Program-made: the position numbers and the translations under genes
Part shown: positions 1 through 7,928 of the stretch, in pieces
Layout of the letters: the number at the start of each line of letters is the position of its first letter
Numbering within the stretch: the first letter of the stretch is position 1
Origin: Candidatus Sericytochromatia bacterium
GTDB taxonomy: Bacteria; Cyanobacteriota; Sericytochromatia; S15B-MN24; JAQBPE01
NCBI GenBank assembly: GCA_040400605.1
Contig: JBBAPZ010000019.1
Span: 1-20,811 of the forward strand
Direction: 5' to 3'
Length of the DNA stretch: 20,811 nt
The notes under the pieces: generated by a model
What the model was told of the DNA's origin: nothing
What the model saw: the letters and a program-made list of their open reading frames with translations, nothing else
Database searches by the model: none

Positions 1-21
1 AGCGCCTAATGATCCAGCCAT
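1..21 (-). CDS. possible 5' end of a CDS running off the left edge (MAGSLGA...)
   Basis: ATG at 21-19 on the minus strand, preceded closely by GAAAGG. Only 7 codons are visible. Confidence 0.2.
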
Positions 22-369
22 GCGCCTTTCAGTTGCCTGGGGCGAAATCTCTGGTTATCCATTTACCCGGGTTCTCTGGTTTAAAACAAAATTGACGCTC
101 AAAAAGCAGAATCGGCCGCTTGACGGATCAAACGGCCCCCCATCCAGCTTACAAATTTCAGGCGGCGTGGCACCGACGCGGCAAGCAGGACGGCAATTGC
201 TATCTAAAGAATGATCAGTGCCTCGGATGGCGCTCATTCCAAACCATTCGCAGGCACCGATGACGTATGTCGATTGGATTACCACCAAAATTAAATTGCG
301 TTGCCGCAACATCCACGACCATGATCGCCTGGCGCATCCGATTACAACTGTTGCACCAGTGCGATCGCC

Positions 370-792
370 CTACTGCCCCGGCACTTCGCCATTGGGCGTT
401 GGGTGGGTGGCTTCGGGATCCGCCCCCTGTTGCGCCGTCCCGGCACCAGCCGCCGTGGCGGACTCGTCAGCCGCCGGCGGTTCCTGGTAAACCCTGGCGG
501 TATAACCATTGCCCGCTGCCGATGCAGGCGGTTCGGCCGCGCCGGTTCGCTGGCTGTAGGTGGCCGTCAGTTGGATCAATTCCTTCACACGGGTCTCAAG
601 CTCATGCGCCACAGTTTGCAGATTTTTGCGGAGATCATCCACAGTGGACGGCACGCCAGGCGTCCGAACCAAATCCTCAACCTGTTCCCTGGCAACCTGG
701 AAACCCAACTGAACCGTGCGCTGAGCGTCTTGGATCAACTGCTCCAGACTGCGGCGAAACTCCACCACATTCGGATCATTGGCATCAAACAC
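370..792 (-). CDS. hypothetical protein (~140 aa): amphipathic helical N-half, Ala/Pro-rich disordered tail
   Basis: ORF 370..822. GTG at 792 follows a strong GGGAGGA RBS (800-806). Co-oriented directly downstream of the PilB-like gene. Confidence 0.75.
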   Translation of the reverse strand: MFDANDPNVVEFRRSLEQLIQDAQRTVQLGFQVAREQVEDLVRTPGVPSTVDDLRKNLQTVAHELETRVKELIQLTATYSQRTGAAEPPASAAGNGYTARVYQEPPAADESATAAGAGTAQQGADPEATHPTPNGEVPGQ

Positions 793-884
793 AGCGAAAT
801 CCTCCCTGAAAAAACAACTCAACCACCTGGTTTAACCCTGCACAAGAACGTTTCATACACCCCCGAGCAAGCCAAAGCATCGCA

Positions 885-2648
885 TCACGCCTGATTCGTC
901 GGCTGGGACGCCGCCTCGTGCATCGCTGCCGCCTGCGAAAACTCCTGAATATCCGAATGACGCACCTCATCGAGGGTGGTATAACCTTGCGCGACCAACC
1001 ACATCGCGTAATCTTCCAAGGTGACCAGGCCCATTTGGCGTAGTGCGTGATCGATGTGCGCACGTGGCGCCTGCCGTGCAATCAACTCCCGAATAACCGG
1101 CGTGACAGGCAAAATTTCGTACACACCGACCGAACCCGCAAAACCTGTCTTGTTACATGCCTCGCAGCCCACCGGGTTGTAAATGTCACCGGTCCCGTTG
1201 TGACGGTGGAAGTACTTGGCCGTACGCTCATCCGGCTTGAAACGCTGCTTGCACGCTTGGCAGAGCCGCCGCAGCGTCCGCATCGTCACAACCCCACCCA
1301 ACGCATTGGCCAAAACCCGAGGCGACATATGCCACTGCTCCTTCGCCTCAACCAACAGGTTTTGTGTCGTCGCCACCCCCGCCAAAACCAGATTGCCCGC
1401 CAACGCCGCACGTGCCGCGCGCTGCGCCACCGCCGCCGACGGAAGGTCACTGACCATCACAACCCCTTGGTGCTGTGTCAATGTATTGTTCAATACGTGC
1501 AATATCGATGATTCGCCCGTGGCATCCAAAGGCACCGCCAACTGCGTGACCCCTTCCAGGTCGAATTCCACCGGGTCTTCAATCGTCATCACATCCGCGC
1601 CATTTTGTCGCAAATCCTTCACGCAGTTGTACAGCATCACTGACTTGCCGGAGCCATGCGGCCCCCCAAACAACACCATTCCCGATTGTCGACCCAACAT
1701 CGCCCGCAACGCCTGCAACGCCCGCGGATGCAACACCATCGATTCGAGGGTGAGCAGGTTCAACTGCGCCGAGTCATAGATGCGCAAGGCGATCGCCTGA
1801 CCGTGTCGCACGTTAAAACCATGCAGCCTGAACCGAATCGGCCGATTCTCGAAATTAAAAGCAAAGCCCTGCGTGTGCACCGCCTGCCCGGATGTCCCCG
1901 TCAAACCCGCCAACACCCGAATGCGCTGCACAATTGATTGCCCGATCGCAAGCGGCAAATTCGGCTCCCGCACCGTCTTGCCTTCCACCCGTTGCCGCAC
2001 CCCCATGGCCGACTCCAATGGCTCAAAATGCAAACTGGTCGCGTGGCGCTTGATCGCCGCACTCAAAATAGCATTGGTCAACGGCACAATGGCCGCATCA
2101 CCCCCACCCTTTTTCGCCTGCTCAAGCAAGTCGCGCACCTGCGCGTCCGAATAAGGCTGCAACTCCTGCAGATTCGATTCAATCCGCTCCGCACCAGGTT
2201 GCGGTGCCGGTGCCTCCTTGGGGATGGTTTTGAGAATCTCCCAAAAGTCACTCTCCGTACACACCGCCGGAATGACATTAACCCCCTTCAAGCGCATCCG
2301 AATCTGGTCGATCGCCAAAATGTTGTTGGGATCAACCAACGCTACCGTCAACTGGTTAATGGCCACCGGCACAATCTGGTACTGCTTGATCATCTGCTCG
2401 GGAAACAGCTTGAGCAACTCAGCCGGAATACGCGCCGTCTTCAGGTTGATGTGCTTCACGCCAAATTGCAATTCCAGCGCGTATTTAATCTTTTCTTCGG
2501 TCACGTGACCCAACTGAATCAGCGCTTCACCGATTTGCTCCCGCGTCTCCTTCTGACGCGCCAAGCCTTCGTTGAGCTGCTCCTCGGTCAGCACCCCGGC
2601 CTTGACCAACAATTCACCCAGTCGAATCCGCTTCGTACCGATTGCCAC
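885..2648 (-). CDS. GspE/PilB-family type IV pilus / T2SS ATPase-like protein with N-terminal MshEN domain; catalytic motifs degenerate
   Basis: MshEN RLGELLVKAGVLTEEQL...IGEALIQLGHV; Walker A GPHGSGKS; Asp box TIEDPVE; Zn motif CQAC...CEAC; GVYEIL. GTG start with AGGA RBS. Confidence 0.9.
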   Translation of the reverse strand: MAIGTKRIRLGELLVKAGVLTEEQLNEGLARQKETREQIGEALIQLGHVTEEKIKYALELQFGVKHINLKTARIPAELLKLFPEQMIKQYQIVPVAINQLTVALVDPNNILAIDQIRMRLKGVNVIPAVCTESDFWEILKTIPKEAPAPQPGAERIESNLQELQPYSDAQVRDLLEQAKKGGGDAAIVPLTNAILSAAIKRHATSLHFEPLESAMGVRQRVEGKTVREPNLPLAIGQSIVQRIRVLAGLTGTSGQAVHTQGFAFNFENRPIRFRLHGFNVRHGQAIALRIYDSAQLNLLTLESMVLHPRALQALRAMLGRQSGMVLFGGPHGSGKSVMLYNCVKDLRQNGADVMTIEDPVEFDLEGVTQLAVPLDATGESSILHVLNNTLTQHQGVVMVSDLPSAAVAQRAARAALAGNLVLAGVATTQNLLVEAKEQWHMSPRVLANALGGVVTMRTLRRLCQACKQRFKPDERTAKYFHRHNGTGDIYNPVGCEACNKTGFAGSVGVYEILPVTPVIRELIARQAPRAHIDHALRQMGLVTLEDYAMWLVAQGYTTLDEVRHSDIQEFSQAAAMHEAASQPTNQA

Positions 2649-2731
2649 GGAGTCCTACCCCTCTTCAACGCTCAATCCCGGACACGCTGTGTCAGCCACC
2701 GGCCCGAACCCGTCTTGCCCTATATACCCAT

Positions 2732-4054
2732 CTACGGCCGGATTACTGCTTTAATCAGCGCAGAATCATCAACTGTGCCATCACCAATTACATACGCCCC
2801 CAGCAAGGCTTCAACCGCCGATTCCACACCATTCGGGTCATTTACCAGCAATTCCGCCAAGACATCACCTGCAAGCACCGCATCCCCGAGCTTCTTGCGC
2901 AAGGACACACCCACCGCGAGGTCGATCGGATCCCCCTTGCGCTGCCGCCCGGCACCCAACGCCTTCGCAGCCATTCCCACACCCAACGCATCCAGCGCCA
3001 TCACCCGTCCATCGCGTACCGCACGCACCGCGACGCGCTCACGCGGCTGTGGCATCCGCAAAGGCTCCGCCAACACACCCGCATCACCACCCTGGGCCAC
3101 AATTACTTCCGCCAATTTGCCCAGCGCGCGACCATCGTGCAATACCTGCAACGCCAAGTCACGTCCCGCTTCATACGAAGGCACCCGCTCGGCTGCCTCC
3201 AGCATCAACGCGACCAGCGCCACGCACAACGCCGTCAAATCCTCCGGGCCACGGCCCTGCAGCGTGGCGATCGCCTCAGCCACCTCATTGGCATGCCCCA
3301 CCGCAAACCCCAAGGGCTGCCCCATATCCGTCACCACGCCGATCACCCGCTTGCCAAGCCGACGCCCCACCTCACACATCAGCTCAGCCAACTCCTGCGC
3401 CGCCGCAACCGTCGGCATAAACGCACCTGCCCCCGCCTTGACATCCAACAAAATCACATCCGCACCACTGGCGATCTTCTTGCTCATCACCGACACGGCA
3501 ATCAACGGCGTGCTATCCACCGTTGCCGTCACATCCCGCAAGGCATACAACAAACCATCAACTGGCGCCAGGTTCTGCGACTGCGTCGCAACCGCCGCCC
3601 CCACCCGCGACAACTGACCAAGCAACTCATCCTCTTGCAACGACACCCGAAACCCGGGAATCGCCTCCAGTTTGTCCGCCGTGCCGCCCGTATGACCCAA
3701 ACCGCGGCCGGACAGTTTCGCAACCGTCAAACCACACGCAGCCAGCATCGGGACCACAATCAAGGTCACCTTATCCCCCACGCCACCTGTGGAATGCTTG
3801 TCCACCGCAGGCCCAGGCAGCGCCGACAAATCCAGCACCGTGCCACTGTGTGCAATCAGGCGCGTCAACTCCGTCACTTCCTCCAGGTTCAGGCCCTGAA
3901 ACATGACTGCCATCAGCCAGGCGGACACCTGATAATCCGGTAATACACCGGCAGCCAACGCCGCGACAAAATCCTGCAACGTCGACGCATCATGTGCGTC
4001 ACCCCGACGCTTGGCACGTATCAGCTCCACCATCGAAAAAGCCGCGCTTGACAC
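2732..4054 (-). CDS. pdp: pyrimidine-nucleoside / thymidine phosphorylase
   Basis: Motifs DKHSTGGVGDK, KLSGRGLGHTGGTADKLEAIPG, LYALRDVTATV, SVMSKK. GTG at 4054 after GGAGGA; the longer start at 4126 is unlikely. Confidence 0.95.
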   Translation of the reverse strand: MSSAAFSMVELIRAKRRGDAHDASTLQDFVAALAAGVLPDYQVSAWLMAVMFQGLNLEEVTELTRLIAHSGTVLDLSALPGPAVDKHSTGGVGDKVTLIVVPMLAACGLTVAKLSGRGLGHTGGTADKLEAIPGFRVSLQEDELLGQLSRVGAAVATQSQNLAPVDGLLYALRDVTATVDSTPLIAVSVMSKKIASGADVILLDVKAGAGAFMPTVAAAQELAELMCEVGRRLGKRVIGVVTDMGQPLGFAVGHANEVAEAIATLQGRGPEDLTALCVALVALMLEAAERVPSYEAGRDLALQVLHDGRALGKLAEVIVAQGGDAGVLAEPLRMPQPRERVAVRAVRDGRVMALDALGVGMAAKALGAGRQRKGDPIDLAVGVSLRKKLGDAVLAGDVLAELLVNDPNGVESAVEALLGAYVIGDGTVDDSALIKAVIRP

Positions 4055-4169
4055 CGCATCCTCCCCCATCCGCCACGTTAGTATACCCCAAGTGCGCCAA
4101 GCCCGGTCAGCAGCGTGACCCTTCAAGCCACCGGATGGCCCTGCCTGTCGTGTTCAGCCACCTGTTGCG

Positions 4170-4206
4170 TTGACAAACCCCGCTTGGCTCTGTCAAGTTG
4201 TATGCT
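4170..4206. promoter_or_regulatory. divergent pdp/sodA control region: TTGACA-N15-TGTCAA inverted repeat and TATGCT -10-like hexamer
   Basis: TTGACA 4170-4175, TGTCAA 4191-4196, TATGCT 4201-4206. Confidence 0.35.
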
Positions 4207-4308
4207 CGTTCCGAGGCTTTGTCGCAACGGACAGTCAAAGCCTCGTATCACAGGTTGAGCCGGCGGTTTCGACCGGTTAACCGCAAGCAGTTCAAGGAGG
4301 ATGACACC

Positions 4309-4950
4309 ATGGCATTCCAGCTACCGGATCTGCCTTATGATTTTGGGGCACTCGAACCGCACATTGACGCGCGGACAATGGAAATTCACCACGGCAAACA
4401 CCATCAAGCCTACATCAACAACCTGAACAAGGCGCTTGAGCCCTACGAGAACCTCCAGAAGCTCAGCATCACCGAACTGCTGGCGGACCTGAGCCAAGTG
4501 CCGGCCGACATCCGCCAGGCGGTCATCAACAACGGTGGCGGTCACCTCAACCACTGCCTGTTCTGGAAAGTCATGTCACCCAATGGCGGCGGTGAACCAA
4601 CCGGCGAACTCTCAAGCCTCATTGAGCAGCATCTCGGCGGCTTCAATGCATTCAAGGAGAAGTTCAACCAAGCGGCAGCCACTCGCTTCGGCAGTGGCTG
4701 GGCGTGGTTGTGCCTGCAAGCGGACGGCACCCTGGTCGTTGAAAGCTCGGCCAACCAGGACACGCCGCTGTCCAACGGTCGCACTCCCATCCTCGGCCTC
4801 GACGTTTGGGAGCACGCCTACTACCTTAACTACCAGAACCGCCGACCGGACTACATCGGCGCCTGGTGGAACGTCGTCAACTGGCAGGAAGTCGAAAGCA
4901 ACCTGAAGGCCGCGCAAAACAAACCCGGGCAGCTCGCCTCGGTACGCTAG
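4309..4950 (+). CDS. sodA: superoxide dismutase, Mn-type signature
   Basis: AAGGAGG RBS then ATG 4309. Motifs [18 protein letters not shown] (Gly = Mn type), [11 protein letters not shown] (Mn type), DVWEHAYY. Confidence 0.95.
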   Translation: MAFQLPDLPYDFGALEPHIDARTMEIHHGKHHQAYINNLNKALEPYENLQKLSITELLADLSQVPADIRQAVINNGGGHLNHCLFWKVMSPNGGGEPTGELSSLIEQHLGGFNAFKEKFNQAAATRFGSGWAWLCLQADGTLVVESSANQDTPLSNGRTPILGLDVWEHAYYLNYQNRRPDYIGAWWNVVNWQEVESNLKAAQNKPGQLASVR

Positions 4951-5063
4951 CGCAGCGGGTTGCGAAGCCCTGGCGCCCAAGGGCCTGGCGCGCGGAACGA
5001 GCGTCCGTTAGGGTACGTGAGCGACGCGTGAGACTTTGTCCCTGACATCAGGCAGTCAGTCTG

Positions 5064-5112
5064 ACGAGCCGTGAAAAGACCGCCTCGCGGTTGCTTCGCG
5101 GCTCGTTTTTTT
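5064..5112 (+). terminator. intrinsic terminator after sodA (convergent with xth)
   Basis: ACGAGCCGTGAA (5064-5075) pairs with TTCGCGGCTCGT (5095-5106); inner ACCGC/GCGGT stem; T7 run at 5106-5112. Confidence 0.7.
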
Positions 5113-5155
5113 GATCGATTGTTTTAATGCCAGGCTGAGCCTTGGGCGGATGGCT

Positions 5156-5938
5156 TCAGGCGAGACCGTCTAGATTCTTTAGGCGCAAGGAGACGGGGCA
5201 GTGGTCGGAGCCTTGCACCTCCGGGTGGATTCGGCAGGTATCCACAAACGGCAACAAATTGTCCGAAATCAGGAAATAATCGATGCGCCAACCGACGTTG
5301 CGGGCCCTGGCACCCATGCGGTTGCTCCACCAGGTGTAGTGTCCGCTTTGTTCCGGGTGGCTGTGACGGAACACATCCGTGAAGCCCAGGGACAAGAAGC
5401 GATCAATTGCCGCCCGTTCCTCCGGCAAAAAGCCGGTTGAGCGCACGTTGGCCTGCGGGTTGGCCAGGTCGATCGGCGTATGGGCCGTATTGAAGTCACC
5501 AGCAACGATGATGCGTTCGCCACGACCCAGACGCACCTGCAACTGCGCCATCAAGGTGTCGTAAAACGACAGTTTGAACGGCACACGCTCCAACGTGTTG
5601 CCCCCATTGGGAAAATAAATGTTGTAAAGCACCACGCCCGCATGTTTGGTGATCATGACGCGCCCTTCGTTGTCGAAAGCTTCCTCGCCAAGCCCCGCCG
5701 CAACACATTCCGGCTGATGACGCGACCAGGTGGCAACCCCGCTGTAGCCCTTTCTTTGAGCAGGGTTCCACTGCACGTGATAGCCTGCGGGCGTCTGCAA
5801 CGCGTCTGAGAGTTGCGACACTTCAGCCCGTACCTCTTGCAGGCACAAAACATCCGGCTGATGACCCTGCAGCCAATCCCAAAAACCCTTGCGCTCACAG
5901 GCGCGCAAACCGTTCACATTCCAGGAGGTAATGAGCAT
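5156..5938 (-). CDS. xth: exodeoxyribonuclease III / AP endonuclease
   Basis: Motifs SWNVNGLRA, LCLQE, GYSGV, YFPNG, GDFNTAH, YTWWS, GWRIDY, GSDHCP. GAAAGGA RBS. Confidence 0.96.
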   Translation of the reverse strand: MLITSWNVNGLRACERKGFWDWLQGHQPDVLCLQEVRAEVSQLSDALQTPAGYHVQWNPAQRKGYSGVATWSRHQPECVAAGLGEEAFDNEGRVMITKHAGVVLYNIYFPNGGNTLERVPFKLSFYDTLMAQLQVRLGRGERIIVAGDFNTAHTPIDLANPQANVRSTGFLPEERAAIDRFLSLGFTDVFRHSHPEQSGHYTWWSNRMGARARNVGWRIDYFLISDNLLPFVDTCRIHPEVQGSDHCPVSLRLKNLDGLA

Positions 5939-5957
5939 CCGGTGATCCTTTCCAGTA

Positions 5958-7865
5958 TCAGGAGTCTTTCAGGCTGCCCAGCGCGCGCAACTCCGCGCGT
6001 CCCGCAGGCGTTGCATAATGACGGATGTCGTCAATGAACCCTTGCTGCAAGGCGCCCGTGTCGCCATCCGGCCCTTTTTTAATCAACGCCACGATCAAGA
6101 CAGCCATAATTGACGCTGCGGCCACGCGCAAGCGCTCCACTTTGTCTCTGGCAGGCGTTTCCGCCTCTCCGACCGAACGCAAAAGGCGCAAGAAGTGCTG
6201 GGTTGGGCCGTCACCATCCAAGTCAGTCCCCGACAGCTTCAACTCATCACGAATATACTCAAAGACTGCCAGATTTCTGGCGTAATAGTCATCGCCGCGC
6301 TGTTCCACCCAACGCTGCGCATCCTTGGCCTCGACGCCCAAACCGACCAATGATGCGATCACAGACTCACTGTTCACCCGAATCGACCGTGCCGTCAAGA
6401 AATGGTCAAGTTCGCGATCCTTGTCTGACATTAAAGCCGCGCGCACAAAAAAGTCGCAGAGATCGGCCGGCACCTTCACATCGAAGCCACCGGCACGCAA
6501 CCACGGTGGCTGTTGCTCAACCGGTACCGGCCCAAAGTGCTGCCCCTGCCACTCCGCTGCATACCGGTTCACCACCTTGAACAGCGGGTTATCCGTGAAA
6601 CGATAGCCGTCCGCCCTGATTTTATTCTCCGCCAATGTCGTGAGTGATTCGAACACGCGCGCCATTTCACGCAAAGCCGTTGATTCCGAACGGGGTGGAC
6701 GCTGACCCATCAGCAACGCCAGAATAAAAGGCGCCGTGACATCTTCACTCGCATTCACATTGGGCGGCTGCATCAACGGAAGATTTTCCCAATCCTCAAC
6801 CTGCGCCAATACCCGGTCGGCCATGCGGCGAGCCAACAAGTACTGCTCCAACTTGCTCCACCGGTACACTTCCGCTTGACCCAAAACATCCAAGGTGGGC
6901 GTCATGCGCTGTGCAACCAAGTCCTCAACCTGCCCGTTCACCTGGCTGACATCCCGGTTTTTCAGCGCCTCGCGCGGATCACGCGAAACAAACGTCAATA
7001 ATTTCGCAGCCAACGCCCCACGACAATAATGCGCTACGGCAGATAGATCATCACTTATATCCGGCCGTGCCGTCCCGGGCGCTATCACCCGCGCGTAACG
7101 CGCCCGGGCGTCCGCTGAATGCCCCGGTGCATGCACCTGCACCATTACGTTGTGATCGAACGACTCCGGCAAATACACTTGATACTGACCCGCGGCATCC
7201 GTCAACACCGCATCCCCGACACGGCCCTTGCTATCCACCATCACAATCGGCAAACCTGTCCACAAATCAATCAGTTGCACCACCATTCCCGCAGCGGGTG
7301 CAACCGTTCCCGGCGCCACCCGAGACACAGTGCGCAAGCCATACGCCACCTCGGAACGCGTGCCGGCAAAAGCTGCCACCCCCGCTCGCAGATTCCCCCC
7401 GCCATTGGCGATCAGGTTGCCACCACCGTTCGCAATCAGGTTACCACCCCCGTTGGCAATCAAACGCCCCTGCTGCGCTGCGGCACCCACCACGGCAGCT
7501 CCGTCATGCCCCAGCAGCGTCACACCGTCTCGCGCAACCAGTGATGCCGCATCATTCCCGACGAGGCCTGCCGCTCGGCGCAGGGCAGCCAAGGCATCCA
7601 CCGTGGTTGCTTGTGAGCGCCCACTGACATCCGCGATGCCGGCGCTGACCAGATAATAGGCATCCACACTGACTGTGCCGCGCAAGCCTTGCGACGATAC
7701 AAGGGCCGAATTGGCTGCGGAGGGTGCGAGAGCAGACGGTGTCACACTTGACTTTGGCGCCGCACGTGTCACGCGGTTGGCCGCTGAACCGGTTACCACC
7801 GATTGGCAGCCTCCGAGCAGGGCGAGTATCACGGTGGTTGTGATGGCTGCGCGTGCTTGCTTCAT
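5958..7865 (-). CDS. hypothetical lipoprotein (paralog A): 8-aa repeat region, CarboxypepD_reg/transthyretin-like beta domain, unknown helical C-domain
   Basis: Signal peptide with lipobox LLGGC; LVGNDAAS x1 and LIANGGGN x3; VLTDAAGQYQV motif; clear homology to 7929..9830. Confidence 0.85.
   Translation of the reverse strand: MKQARAAITTTVILALLGGCQSVVTGSAANRVTRAAPKSSVTPSALAPSAANSALVSSQGLRGTVSVDAYYLVSAGIADVSGRSQATTVDALAALRRAAGLVGNDAASLVARDGVTLLGHDGAAVVGAAAQQGRLIANGGGNLIANGGGNLIANGGGNLRAGVAAFAGTRSEVAYGLRTVSRVAPGTVAPAAGMVVQLIDLWTGLPIVMVDSKGRVGDAVLTDAAGQYQVYLPESFDHNVMVQVHAPGHSADARARYARVIAPGTARPDISDDLSAVAHYCRGALAAKLLTFVSRDPREALKNRDVSQVNGQVEDLVAQRMTPTLDVLGQAEVYRWSKLEQYLLARRMADRVLAQVEDWENLPLMQPPNVNASEDVTAPFILALLMGQRPPRSESTALREMARVFESLTTLAENKIRADGYRFTDNPLFKVVNRYAAEWQGQHFGPVPVEQQPPWLRAGGFDVKVPADLCDFFVRAALMSDKDRELDHFLTARSIRVNSESVIASLVGLGVEAKDAQRWVEQRGDDYYARNLAVFEYIRDELKLSGTDLDGDGPTQHFLRLLRSVGEAETPARDKVERLRVAAASIMAVLIVALIKKGPDGDTGALQQGFIDDIRHYATPAGRAELRALGSLKDS
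7123..7394. repeat. 272-bp direct repeat, copy 1 (identical to 9064..9335)
   Basis: Base-by-base reading at offset 1941 found no mismatch until 7395/9336. Confidence 0.9.
7392..7463 (-). repeat. 3 x 24-bp tandem repeat encoding LIANGGGN
   Basis: Protein repeat is exact; codons differ synonymously between units. Confidence 0.9.
7546..7646. repeat. 101-bp near-identical direct repeat (partner 9511..9611, one mismatch seen)
   Basis: Offset 1965; the one difference is CAGGGC vs CAAGGC. Confidence 0.85.
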
Positions 7866-7928
7866 GGGGTGAATCTACCACCGATTGCCGGAGTCAAAAC
7901 CGAAACACTCAGATTCACGTCACAGGGG

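Noticed and set aside
2701..2714. CCCGAACCCGTC resembling part of the c-di-AMP (ydaO) riboswitch
   Set aside because: Other conserved elements are absent, and it lies on the strand opposite the flanking genes.
1938..3943. Long plus-strand ORFs (559 aa and 433 aa)
   Set aside because: Antisense shadows of the PilB-like gene and pdp in GC-rich DNA; no recognisable motifs.
4226..4246. GGACAGTCAAAGCC resembling a c-di-GMP-I riboswitch
   Set aside because: The GGCAAAC/GAAA P2 and P3 consensus elements are missing.
5061..5078. CTGACGAG...GAAA resembling a hammerhead ribozyme core
   Set aside because: No room for stem II; the bases are better explained as the terminator stem.
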